DNA of 61,382 nt. It comes from a virus. Shown here piece by piece: positions 31,507 through 39,295 of the stretch. The notes below the pieces were generated by a model. It did no database searches and was not told the origin of the DNA. It saw only the letters and a program-made list of their open reading frames with translations. The DNA lies in IMG/VR virus record IMGVR_UViG_3300031673_000041, positions 1 through 61,382 of that record; one strand, 5' to 3'. Numbering within the stretch: position 1 is the stretch's first letter; each line of letters opens with the position of its first letter. Position numbers and translations under genes: made by a program.

Positions 31507-31724
31507 CTGCAACTCCACCAAATACAAAACCAGTAAAAGAGCCAGACAAGTTCAATGTCGCTTTTAACTGTATTCATAATGAAGTCTTGGAACATACTGT
31601 AATCGACAAGATCGAGGAACTTGGATTTGACAAAACCGACAGAGAGTACAGGCTGAGAGATGGAGTTACGGTTATTTATTTTGAGAAACCGAAAGATAGA
31701 AAAAATCGCAGGGGAGAAAAATGA
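31503..31724 (+). CDS. hypothetical protein (73 aa)
   Basis: ATGA overlap. Confidence 0.55.
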   Translation: MTATPPNTKPVKEPDKFNVAFNCIHNEVLEHTVIDKIEELGFDKTDREYRLRDGVTVIYFEKPKDRKNRRGEK

Positions 31725-31906
31725 TTAAGCATATTTGCGATCAATGCAAACGAGAATGTCTTCCAAGCATAACAATGTCAATCAGTGGAGAGGATACTGT
31801 GGCAATAATAAATACATTATTCCCATGTCCAGAAGAACTAAAGGAATTTTGCTCGACAAATTGCTTTTGGGAATATATGAGAAAATATGACCCGGATAAT
31901 AAATAA
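31721..31906 (+). CDS. small zinc-binding protein (61 aa)
   Basis: ATGA overlap; CDQC ... FCSTNCFWEY. Confidence 0.55.
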   Translation: MIKHICDQCKRECLPSITMSISGEDTVAIINTLFPCPEELKEFCSTNCFWEYMRKYDPDNK

Positions 31907-32937
31907 TGTATGTAGGCACTGACGAAATATACGATGATGTGTTAAAGCACAATTCGCTGGTTAATGGATTAGTCATTCCAGACGACATGGCTTTTTGCGG
32001 TTACAAGACAACCACGCCGAGTTTCCACGAATTAGAACTTGCGAATCGCAAGCATCGATGGCCGGAGATGCAAAGTCTTCATATTGATTTTTTCAATAGT
32101 TTATTCCGTGAAGTAACCGAGGTTGAGGATGATATTTTAGCAGTATTGAATTTGCCAAAATTAAATGAAGTACGTGAATCGATCATGTATGAAGATGAAC
32201 AAGATATTGAAAGTGCGTTAAAGTTTAAGTATACTGGCCGAATGGAAAGGGAGCTAACAAAAGAATTTAATGAATGGATTGAGGAATTAATTGGAACAGA
32301 TTTAGCCAAAAAGGAAGTAACTCTACAGGAGGCGACCTATCCGTATTGGATGGTAAGCGCCGGATCTGTTGGATTGAAAAGAACACAGCAAAAGATCAGG
32401 CGATTAATCGGCGATAGAGTTTTTCCTGTTGTGAACAATGATTATCTCAGAGCGGTCATAACAAGAGGCGGGAGTAGAATTAAAACACGATTGGCTCTTG
32501 AATATCTTCCTATAGTCAGGAAGCATTTAAAAGTCATGGCTAAAGAAGGTCGCAATCCCATGCAAGTTGCCCGCTGGATTCATAAGAATGTTGGAGAGGG
32601 TCAGGCATGGTATTGGAATCGAATAGCGAGAAGTGAATCTGGGCTGGCGGTAAATGGAGCATATAACGCAAGTGCCGAGAGAAACAATATCCCTTATGAA
32701 CAATGGAGCGCAGCATCAGACGCTTGTCCGATATGCGCATATCTGGACGGGAGGATCTGGGAAAGAGGTAATGGGCCGGAGCCAGTATCATCCTCCCACC
32801 CTTTTTGCCGTTGCGACCGAAGTCCGATATTTGTTCCTGAAAAGTTAGTCGAACAACCGTGGAGACGTACAACACCATACGATAGAATGTACACTCCGCA
32901 GGAACTTGAATATTTTAGGGTCAATATAAATTCATAA
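31906..32937 (+). CDS. head morphogenesis protein, Mu F / SPP1 gp7-like
   Basis: TAATG overlap; WSAASDACPICAYLDGRIWERGNGPEPVSSSHPFCRCD is the Phage_Mu_F signature. Confidence 0.85.
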   Translation: MYVGTDEIYDDVLKHNSLVNGLVIPDDMAFCGYKTTTPSFHELELANRKHRWPEMQSLHIDFFNSLFREVTEVEDDILAVLNLPKLNEVRESIMYEDEQDIESALKFKYTGRMERELTKEFNEWIEELIGTDLAKKEVTLQEATYPYWMVSAGSVGLKRTQQKIRRLIGDRVFPVVNNDYLRAVITRGGSRIKTRLALEYLPIVRKHLKVMAKEGRNPMQVARWIHKNVGEGQAWYWNRIARSESGLAVNGAYNASAERNNIPYEQWSAASDACPICAYLDGRIWERGNGPEPVSSSHPFCRCDRSPIFVPEKLVEQPWRRTTPYDRMYTPQELEYFRVNINS

Positions 32938-32955
32938 AAGAGACAGGAGACAGAG

Positions 32956-33312
32956 ATGGAAACATTAAAAATTTTAGGATGGTTTCTTGTTTATAAATTG
33001 CAAGAAATAGGAAAAGGTATCGGGATGGTGATACTTGGGATTGTAGGGATGTGTTTGCTTATTGCTGGTATTGGTGGAATACTTACTGGACTTGGGTGGG
33101 TTATATATCAAATTCATCCATTCGAGAATTTAACGGAGGCTACTACATTGGAATGCATAAGTAGTTACGCAGAGGCTGGATTTATAATGGTATGGATTAT
33201 TATTGGAGCATCAGCTTTGTGTTATTATTCTGTAAAATGTATAAAATTAATTCCCTCTTGGCTAAAAAAGAATTGGCGAGAAGCTGTATATAAAGTAAAA
33301 TATGATTCATAA
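32956..33312 (+). CDS. multi-pass membrane protein (118 aa)
   Basis: SD ACAGGAGA upstream; three hydrophobic segments (e.g. GMVILGIVGMCLLIAGIGGILTGLGWVIY). Confidence 0.65.
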   Translation: METLKILGWFLVYKLQEIGKGIGMVILGIVGMCLLIAGIGGILTGLGWVIYQIHPFENLTEATTLECISSYAEAGFIMVWIIIGASALCYYSVKCIKLIPSWLKKNWREAVYKVKYDS

Positions 33313-33332
33313 AAGAGACAGGAGAAATAATC

Positions 33333-33623
33333 ATGGGAAATAACGGAAAAGAGCCACTGAAAAAAGAAATACTGATAACCTCTGCGATGCTTCCAAAGAT
33401 TCCCGAAGAGATCGACACAAACGAAAAGAATCAGGAATGGGTGCAAAGTGGAGAAGCCGAGACATGGTTGAATGAGGATATGAATCGATTGATCGCTTGG
33501 AATTTGCACGCAGTATTCCAGCGGTTGCAAATAGTGACAGGAGAAATCCGATTGAACCTTCCGCCTCCGAGTAATCTTGTTGTTCCGGGAAGGGGAATGC
33601 AGATACATCGCAGGAAGAATTGA
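33333..33623 (+). CDS. hypothetical protein (96 aa)
   Basis: SD ACAGGAGA upstream (same cassette as 32937). Confidence 0.6.
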   Translation: MGNNGKEPLKKEILITSAMLPKIPEEIDTNEKNQEWVQSGEAETWLNEDMNRLIAWNLHAVFQRLQIVTGEIRLNLPPPSNLVVPGRGMQIHRRKN

Positions 33624-33624
33624 A

Positions 33625-34086
33625 ATGAATAGACGAGACTTTTTAAAGATAGTAGGTGCGACAGGTTGTATCGTTATTGCACCGTCTATAGCAATTTCTA
33701 AAAGGGCTGGTGAATATGATAAGATTGAAATTCTTTCGAGTATCCCAATAGATCATGTTGATATAAGTGCGCCGTGTCAGATTCGCTGTCTAAATGGTTG
33801 GTTGTGGAATATAACATATAATTATCCTAATGGCAGTGATTATGCAACAGCAACTCGTTGGAATCCATTTTGGTTGACGGGGGATTATATTGAAGAACAA
33901 ACCGGAATAAAATGTCTTTACGGGATTGGGATTAGACTTGAAAAAGAAAATCATTTAATTATTGTAAGTGGCGAAGATACTGGTAATGCTTATATTGTAG
34001 GCCATTATTCAAAATTATTAAAAATAAAACAGTTTCCAGATAAAATATTAAAAGAATTGGAAGGAGCCAAAAATGGGATTGTGTAA
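33625..34086 (+). CDS. protein with twin-arginine (Tat) signal peptide (153 aa)
   Basis: ATG after AGGAAG; MNRRDFLKIVGATGCIVIAPSIAIS = RRxFLK plus an h-region. Confidence 0.65.
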   Translation: MNRRDFLKIVGATGCIVIAPSIAISKRAGEYDKIEILSSIPIDHVDISAPCQIRCLNGWLWNITYNYPNGSDYATATRWNPFWLTGDYIEEQTGIKCLYGIGIRLEKENHLIIVSGEDTGNAYIVGHYSKLLKIKQFPDKILKELEGAKNGIV

Positions 34087-34303
34087 ATGTGGTAATACGT
34101 TTTGTTATGCAAAGGCAGACTTAAAAGCGGGGAAGATCAAATATCCGGATAGGTGTCATTTTTGCCAAAAGAGACAACGAAAGCTAAAGGTCGGAGAAGT
34201 TGACAAGATTGGATCTATCGCAGAGCCGGAGGAAAAAGAATTTCAAGGTGATGAGATCGAAGGAAAAAAGGAAGCGAAACACAAAAAAAGGTCAATGTTT
34301 TAA
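34073..34303 (+). CDS. small zinc-ribbon protein with a Lys/Glu-rich tail (76 aa)
   Basis: SD GAAGGAG upstream; CKCG..C ... CHFC. Confidence 0.55.
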   Translation: MGLCKCGNTFCYAKADLKAGKIKYPDRCHFCQKRQRKLKVGEVDKIGSIAEPEEKEFQGDEIEGKKEAKHKKRSMF

Positions 34304-34515
34304 TGAGACCGCTTTACTGTTTAGGGAAAAGAAAAAAGCTGTACAAGGGATTATCTGTGTGCGGTGCGAAACTGTTGATGTATTCTAATGGGACTACGGG
34401 CAGAATCGAAATCAAGTGTCCGAAATGTGGATGTATTTACAAGGCATTTTTCACAACAGCGTCAAAGGTTGACGAAATTAAAACTGATTACAAAATAATA
34501 TTTACAGGAGAATAA
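34303..34515 (+). CDS. Mu Com-like zinc-finger protein candidate
   Basis: TAATG overlap. CGAKLLMYSNGTTGRIEIKCPKCGCIY resembles Mu Com CNKLLFKADSFDHIEIRCPRCKRHI. The first CxxC knuckle is not conserved. Confidence 0.4.
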   Translation: MRPLYCLGKRKKLYKGLSVCGAKLLMYSNGTTGRIEIKCPKCGCIYKAFFTTASKVDEIKTDYKIIFTGE

Positions 34516-34554
34516 TCACAAAATAAAACATAACATTTTTGAGCTTGCACGACA

Positions 34555-34591
34555 GGCCAGTTACTATTAAAAAAGTAATTGGCCTTTTTTT
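34555..34591 (+). terminator. strong rho-independent terminator (or regulatory hairpin) before 34606
   Basis: GGCCAGTTACT (34555-65) pairs with AGTAATTGGCC (34574-84): 11 bp with one G-T, 8-nt loop, then TTTTTTT. Confidence 0.8.
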
Positions 34592-34605
34592 ATTTGGAGG
34601 TAAAT

Positions 34606-35535
34606 ATGAAGAAATTATCGTGGTATTTAAAACAGATTATTCCATTAACCTATTGGTCTGCATATGGGGTCGACAATAAAAGACAGGTTAGCATTTGGAA
34701 GATGTGGTTTGGGAGATGTTATAATGTTAGAATTTTATTGTTTTTGATTTTAATGATTCTAACAGTTACGGCTAAAGGTTTGGGACAGTCGGCACAAACG
34801 ACTTTAAATGAAATGTGGACAAATGATCCGTTTAATATTGGAATGGAAAGCGTGAGCGGTAAAACACCAGTTCGATTATCCGGCCACAATCACGCACTTG
34901 CGGCAACCGCCGAAGTGGTCGGTCACATATCAACTGTTCAGGGATATGTAAAACGGGGAACTATTCTTGCGATCAAGGCGGCGAGTGCAAGTGACGACAC
35001 ATCCGGAACAGGTATTCGATCTGTTAAGATTACTGGTTTGGATAGCTTATTTGCAGAACAAAATGAAACGATTATTTTGCAAGGTAGTGATTCTGTATTA
35101 ACTACAAATAAATATGTTCGGGTATTTTCAGTGGTAGCAATGACTGCTGGATCAGGCGGAGTGGCAGCAGGGGCAATAACAATAACAAGTTCCCATGCCG
35201 GAGCAGATACAAGTTTATTGTTAATAGTTACTGGAGAAAGTTCAGCACAATCAGCGATTTATACCGTGCCGGCAGGCAAGACATTGTACGTGGTTGAATT
35301 TCATGCGTCGTCAGCGACAGGAATATTACAGACCATAACTATTTTAAGTCGGGACAGAATCACAGATGAATCATATAGACCGTTTGTTGAAAAATTAGCA
35401 GGGCAAATTTGGCTATCAGCATTTCATTTACCATGTCCACTGCCGTTGGTTTTTGAAGCATATACCGATGTCGAGATTAGGGGAATTGGGAATACTGGGA
35501 ATATTGTTGCAGGACTATCTGGATGGATTGAATGA
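34606..35535 (+). CDS. N-terminally membrane-anchored beta-rich protein (309 aa)
   Basis: ATG after TTGGAGG. The track start at 34579 lies inside the terminator stem and is rejected. TM ILLFLILMILTVTA; the rest is Ser/Thr/Gly/Ala/Val-rich. Confidence 0.7.
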   Translation: MKKLSWYLKQIIPLTYWSAYGVDNKRQVSIWKMWFGRCYNVRILLFLILMILTVTAKGLGQSAQTTLNEMWTNDPFNIGMESVSGKTPVRLSGHNHALAATAEVVGHISTVQGYVKRGTILAIKAASASDDTSGTGIRSVKITGLDSLFAEQNETIILQGSDSVLTTNKYVRVFSVVAMTAGSGGVAAGAITITSSHAGADTSLLLIVTGESSAQSAIYTVPAGKTLYVVEFHASSATGILQTITILSRDRITDESYRPFVEKLAGQIWLSAFHLPCPLPLVFEAYTDVEIRGIGNTGNIVAGLSGWIE

Positions 35536-37271
35536 AATTTGTAAAAGAAACAAGAAGAGGATTTTATTTCTCTCTTGAAAATAATGACAGGTATCTTAAT
35601 CAAGACGGGATCAAGGTAATTGATAATCAGATAATGTTTCCCAGATATTATCCTGATCCACAAGGATTCGCAGCATATGAGAAAATAAACAAAGATCATA
35701 AAGGGATGAAGACATTTGCCACAGCAGATGAGTGTGAAAAATATTATAACCACTCTGAAAGTGAGGGAGTAAAAATGGAATTTGTGTCAGGTAAAAAACA
35801 GTATAAGAGACTATATGAAGTCCAGACAAAAGCAGTTGAAGAAATATCCGATGATGATTGGCAACTTATTGAAAAACGAATGAGACGGAAAGGTCATTTT
35901 GAAAAATCGGATATCCGAGTATTTGAAGATCGACTGGCAAATAACTGGCGTGATAGGGATGGTGAACGTTTTTCTTATGGTATTTTAAAGGCATTTGATA
36001 TGACGATACCGGGAAAGTCACGACTGATCGGCCATAGTCGCTCCGGCCCAGGGAAGGGTCGGTATTTTAAAAGTAAATTGGGATTTGTGTCAATAGAAGA
36101 AGCAATTGAGATCATGATGGAGAATGCTGAACGGTCTGGATTAAAGTCATTACTTAAACAGGTTGAAGATCGGGATGGAAAGTTAGTAGTATTAGAGCCG
36201 AGCTTTTACGTTCTTATCAGTGACGACACAAAAATTATGATTGACGAAATGGATGCGGGTATTGGTGGCGACAGTTCTATTGGATTTAGAGCCGACAAAT
36301 TGGAACCAGTTAAAAACGATCAGGGAGCCGTTCTTTATTACGAATATATAGACGAGGGTCATTCTGAAGCAGTCGAGGGTAGCGATGTCTGGTTAGGGGC
36401 GCAACGTGGAATGGGTGTGAGAAAAAGCGCAGATGAAGAAGAAGAATATGATGAAATATTAACCATTAAGGACGCCATAGGTGAAAAACCTTTCGAAAAT
36501 GAACATAGTTGTCGAATAAAAGAACCAGGACAATACGAAAAATTCGCAAGAAAGAACTGCGAACAGAAACATGAAGGGAAATGTATAGATGTTATATACG
36601 GAATAAGAAATGGGAAATCAGAGATACAAGCATTAAGATATAAAAAAGATGTCTGGAATGCTAAAGATGCGAGTACCCACTGCAAGAGCCGTGGAGGAAC
36701 ATTTGAGGCCGCAAAAGAAGCAGACCAAAGCCTTGTTGTAGAAAAAGAGAAAGACAATAAACAAGTAAACGGAGGACAAACGAAAATGAAATTTATCATT
36801 GAATCAATCGGGTTCGACCGTGAGGTTAAGGACTTGACCGAGGATTCCGTGCTTGCTATTCAAGATAGTATCGTGGAAAAAGTTGATGCAAAGATTGGTG
36901 AACTCGAAACTAGCATCGGAAGTAAAGACACTGAGATCGAGACACTGAACAAGACCATCACGGATAACGCTCCACGGCTGGAAGTAGCGAATGAGTACGA
37001 GGAATCATTAAAGAAGAAAATCATTGACTTGAGCGTGTTCCTTAAACAAACCGAAAACGATGATGTGAAAATGGCAGAGCAGAGAACCATTCTTGATGTT
37101 CTCACGGTTGTGCAATTAAAGGGACAGGTCGAGAAATTAGAGAAGCAGGTCAATGAGAAATATCCGAGTTATGGGATACTTCCATCGAATACTGAAAGTC
37201 TTGGTAGTAGTGATGAACCAAAACAGACAACCGTTTTGAACCAACACCGCTATCAGGCACCATCTCGGTAA
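35532..37271 (+). CDS. prohead serine protease (HK97 / S78-U35 type) fused to a coiled-coil scaffold-like C-terminus
   Basis: ATGA overlap. RDRDGERFSYGIL...GKSRLIGHS, GGDSSIGFR and HSEAVEGSDVWLGAQ follow the protease pattern (DRxGd ... GH ... SiGF ... EvS.V..pA). The C-terminal ~170 aa are heptad-like. Confidence 0.7.
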   Translation: MKFVKETRRGFYFSLENNDRYLNQDGIKVIDNQIMFPRYYPDPQGFAAYEKINKDHKGMKTFATADECEKYYNHSESEGVKMEFVSGKKQYKRLYEVQTKAVEEISDDDWQLIEKRMRRKGHFEKSDIRVFEDRLANNWRDRDGERFSYGILKAFDMTIPGKSRLIGHSRSGPGKGRYFKSKLGFVSIEEAIEIMMENAERSGLKSLLKQVEDRDGKLVVLEPSFYVLISDDTKIMIDEMDAGIGGDSSIGFRADKLEPVKNDQGAVLYYEYIDEGHSEAVEGSDVWLGAQRGMGVRKSADEEEEYDEILTIKDAIGEKPFENEHSCRIKEPGQYEKFARKNCEQKHEGKCIDVIYGIRNGKSEIQALRYKKDVWNAKDASTHCKSRGGTFEAAKEADQSLVVEKEKDNKQVNGGQTKMKFIIESIGFDREVKDLTEDSVLAIQDSIVEKVDAKIGELETSIGSKDTEIETLNKTITDNAPRLEVANEYEESLKKKIIDLSVFLKQTENDDVKMAEQRTILDVLTVVQLKGQVEKLEKQVNEKYPSYGILPSNTESLGSSDEPKQTTVLNQHRYQAPSR

Positions 37272-37317
37272 CATAAGAAAAATAGAAATCAATTATTTTT
37301 ATTAAAGGAGAATTAAG

Positions 37318-37779
37318 ATGACACGAGCAAGAGGATTAGGTGGGGGGCATGTTGGGGAATTTTTAAATATTTCCATGCGCCCTGATGCCACTTTTATCAC
37401 TGAAATTACCGCCCTAATTGCAGCCGGAACCGCAGTAGAGGGAAAACTTATTTCCGGAACAACCGCTGCCAATTATGAATGTACGAGCGTGGCAGCCGAC
37501 GGCGATCCTTGGGGTCAAATTATAACATACGAAAAGGATGCTGACTATACATATCTCCTGACGGTCGAGTTGTGGTTGTATGCTGATGTCGAGGGTAGTT
37601 TGCACTCGGCTCATTGCATTAGGAATCTTCCAGACAACGCCGGAACAATTGCATTGGGGCAGGAAATCCAGATCAACGGTTCTGATTATATGTATATCGA
37701 TGGCGTGAACACTGGCGGATCCGGTTATGTAATCGGCGTTGATGTTCCCACTACGAGTTGGTGCGACGTACTGTTTTAA
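37318..37779 (+). CDS. head-associated protein (decoration candidate, 153 aa)
   Basis: SD AAAGGAGA upstream; lies between the protease-scaffold and major capsid genes. Confidence 0.45.
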   Translation: MTRARGLGGGHVGEFLNISMRPDATFITEITALIAAGTAVEGKLISGTTAANYECTSVAADGDPWGQIITYEKDADYTYLLTVELWLYADVEGSLHSAHCIRNLPDNAGTIALGQEIQINGSDYMYIDGVNTGGSGYVIGVDVPTTSWCDVLF

Positions 37780-37837
37780 AAAATACGAAAAAAAGACAGA
37801 AGGCTATAATAGATTATAATTTTAGAGAGGTAACCAA

Positions 37838-38962
37838 ATGAGTTTAATTTTAAATGGAGATCTTACCAAGCTGAAAAACCTTGGAATGGGAATGTATAAG
37901 GATGCCGTAGATGCTGGCAAACCTTTCAAAGTGTGGCTTGAAGATTACGTTGCAACCAAAGAGGGTGGAGGGTTTGAAACACCATATCGTGGATTGTCAA
38001 ACATGGAAACCTTCATGGAAATCAGGCGTATGAAAGCAGCCGGTGAAACTGTCCCAATGACCGCCTATGAGTTGGCTCTGGCCGCTCACGATATTAAGGC
38101 ATTCGGGTCGATCACTGACCCAGTTTCAAAGTTTTTCACAAATGCCAGTACATCTACATTGTTTCCAGAATTCATCGGAACCAGAATTTATACTGGCGCA
38201 ATCGTATCTGCGATCTGGCCGTTTTTCATGCAGGAAACAGTTAACATTACCGGATTAACTTTCAAGAAAATCTATCTCAATGATACTGCTCCTCAGAGAC
38301 AGGGTGGGCGTGTTGGTCGAGGTGGGTTGTTCCCGAAAAAGACTTTCACTGTCGGAGACGAGAGTGTGAATCTTGAAAAGTACGGTGTGGAAATTGAATT
38401 TGATTATGAGATTCTTGCAGATCAACCTCTTAACCTTTACGGTAAAGAACTTGAAAAAATCGGGAAACAAATCGGCGTCGATGAAACTGATGATATGTTT
38501 TACATCCTGGTCAATGGTGATGGAAATTCGAATGGACTCGAATCAGCTCAAACAGTATCTGCAGTAACAAGTGGATCGGTCTCAAAGCTCGATATTATCG
38601 ATCTTGCAACTGCTTGCCCAATGCCGTATAATCTGAATGTGTTTGCTGGCCCGACTGCTTATATGCGCCTGTATTGGGATGCTCTTTCTGATATGACGAA
38701 CCCGAACTTGCAAAAAGCTGAAATCCCCATACCGCTTCCAATGGGTTATAGATGGGATTCTGGTCAAATGTTATCCGTCACTGATCGATTTTACGGAGTC
38801 GATAAATCGCAAGCTATCTCTTATGTAACTAATGACGCAATGCTATTAACCGAGACAGACCGCATAATCAATAAGCAAGTTGTAACCACAGTCGTTAGCA
38901 AGAGAGGCATTTTTACAGTCAATACTCAAGATGCGATTGGGTGTCTTGATATTACCGCTTAA
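37838..38962 (+). CDS. major capsid protein
   Basis: 374 aa, SD AGAGAGG upstream, downstream of the protease/scaffold gene. The call rests on size and position. Confidence 0.7.
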   Translation: MSLILNGDLTKLKNLGMGMYKDAVDAGKPFKVWLEDYVATKEGGGFETPYRGLSNMETFMEIRRMKAAGETVPMTAYELALAAHDIKAFGSITDPVSKFFTNASTSTLFPEFIGTRIYTGAIVSAIWPFFMQETVNITGLTFKKIYLNDTAPQRQGGRVGRGGLFPKKTFTVGDESVNLEKYGVEIEFDYEILADQPLNLYGKELEKIGKQIGVDETDDMFYILVNGDGNSNGLESAQTVSAVTSGSVSKLDIIDLATACPMPYNLNVFAGPTAYMRLYWDALSDMTNPNLQKAEIPIPLPMGYRWDSGQMLSVTDRFYGVDKSQAISYVTNDAMLLTETDRIINKQVVTTVVSKRGIFTVNTQDAIGCLDITA

Positions 38963-39001
38963 TATGAAACAAAATAATCTTTAAGATCATAGGAGAGAAT
39001 C

Positions 39002-39295
39002 ATGAATAAATTACGAGTAAGAGTTACGGAGCCACTGATTAGGGTCGATCTTGACGATAATGTTCTCGATGTTTCTCATAAGATGTTTGAGAAAGACCCG
39101 AAAGCAGTCTATGAGGTTCCTGATACAATATTCTGGCGAAGGTTAGAAGAGCCGGGAAAGATCACTAACAAGAAACCGTTACTGGTCAGGGTTGGAAGGG
39201 TCGCCGCTTCTGATGAGGAAGATGAGATCGAAGATACCAAGCCTACTCCCAAACCTAAGACCGAGGGTGTTCGCCGAGAAAAGGGAGGTAAGTAA
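39002..39295 (+). CDS. hypothetical protein (97 aa) with an acidic then basic tail
   Basis: SD TAGGAGAG upstream; stop overlaps the start of the 992-aa gene (TAATG). Confidence 0.6.
   Translation: MNKLRVRVTEPLIRVDLDDNVLDVSHKMFEKDPKAVYEVPDTIFWRRLEEPGKITNKKPLLVRVGRVAASDEEDEIEDTKPTPKPKTEGVRREKGGK

Noticed and set aside
34539-34567. Promoter TTGAGC, 17 nt, TACTAT overlapping the 34555 hairpin
   Set aside because: The hexamers are only moderate matches, and the -10 lies within the terminator stem. It cannot be supported without 5'-end data.
34579-34605. Track start (TTG 34579) for the 34579-35535 ORF
   Set aside because: It lies inside the 3' arm and T-run of the terminator hairpin. The in-frame ATG at 34606 has a GGAGG SD at good spacing.
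35775-37271. Splitting 35532-37271 into two genes at the internal SD/ATG (35775)
   Set aside because: No stop codon separates the parts and the frame is continuous. It is kept as one CDS with a possible nested internal start.
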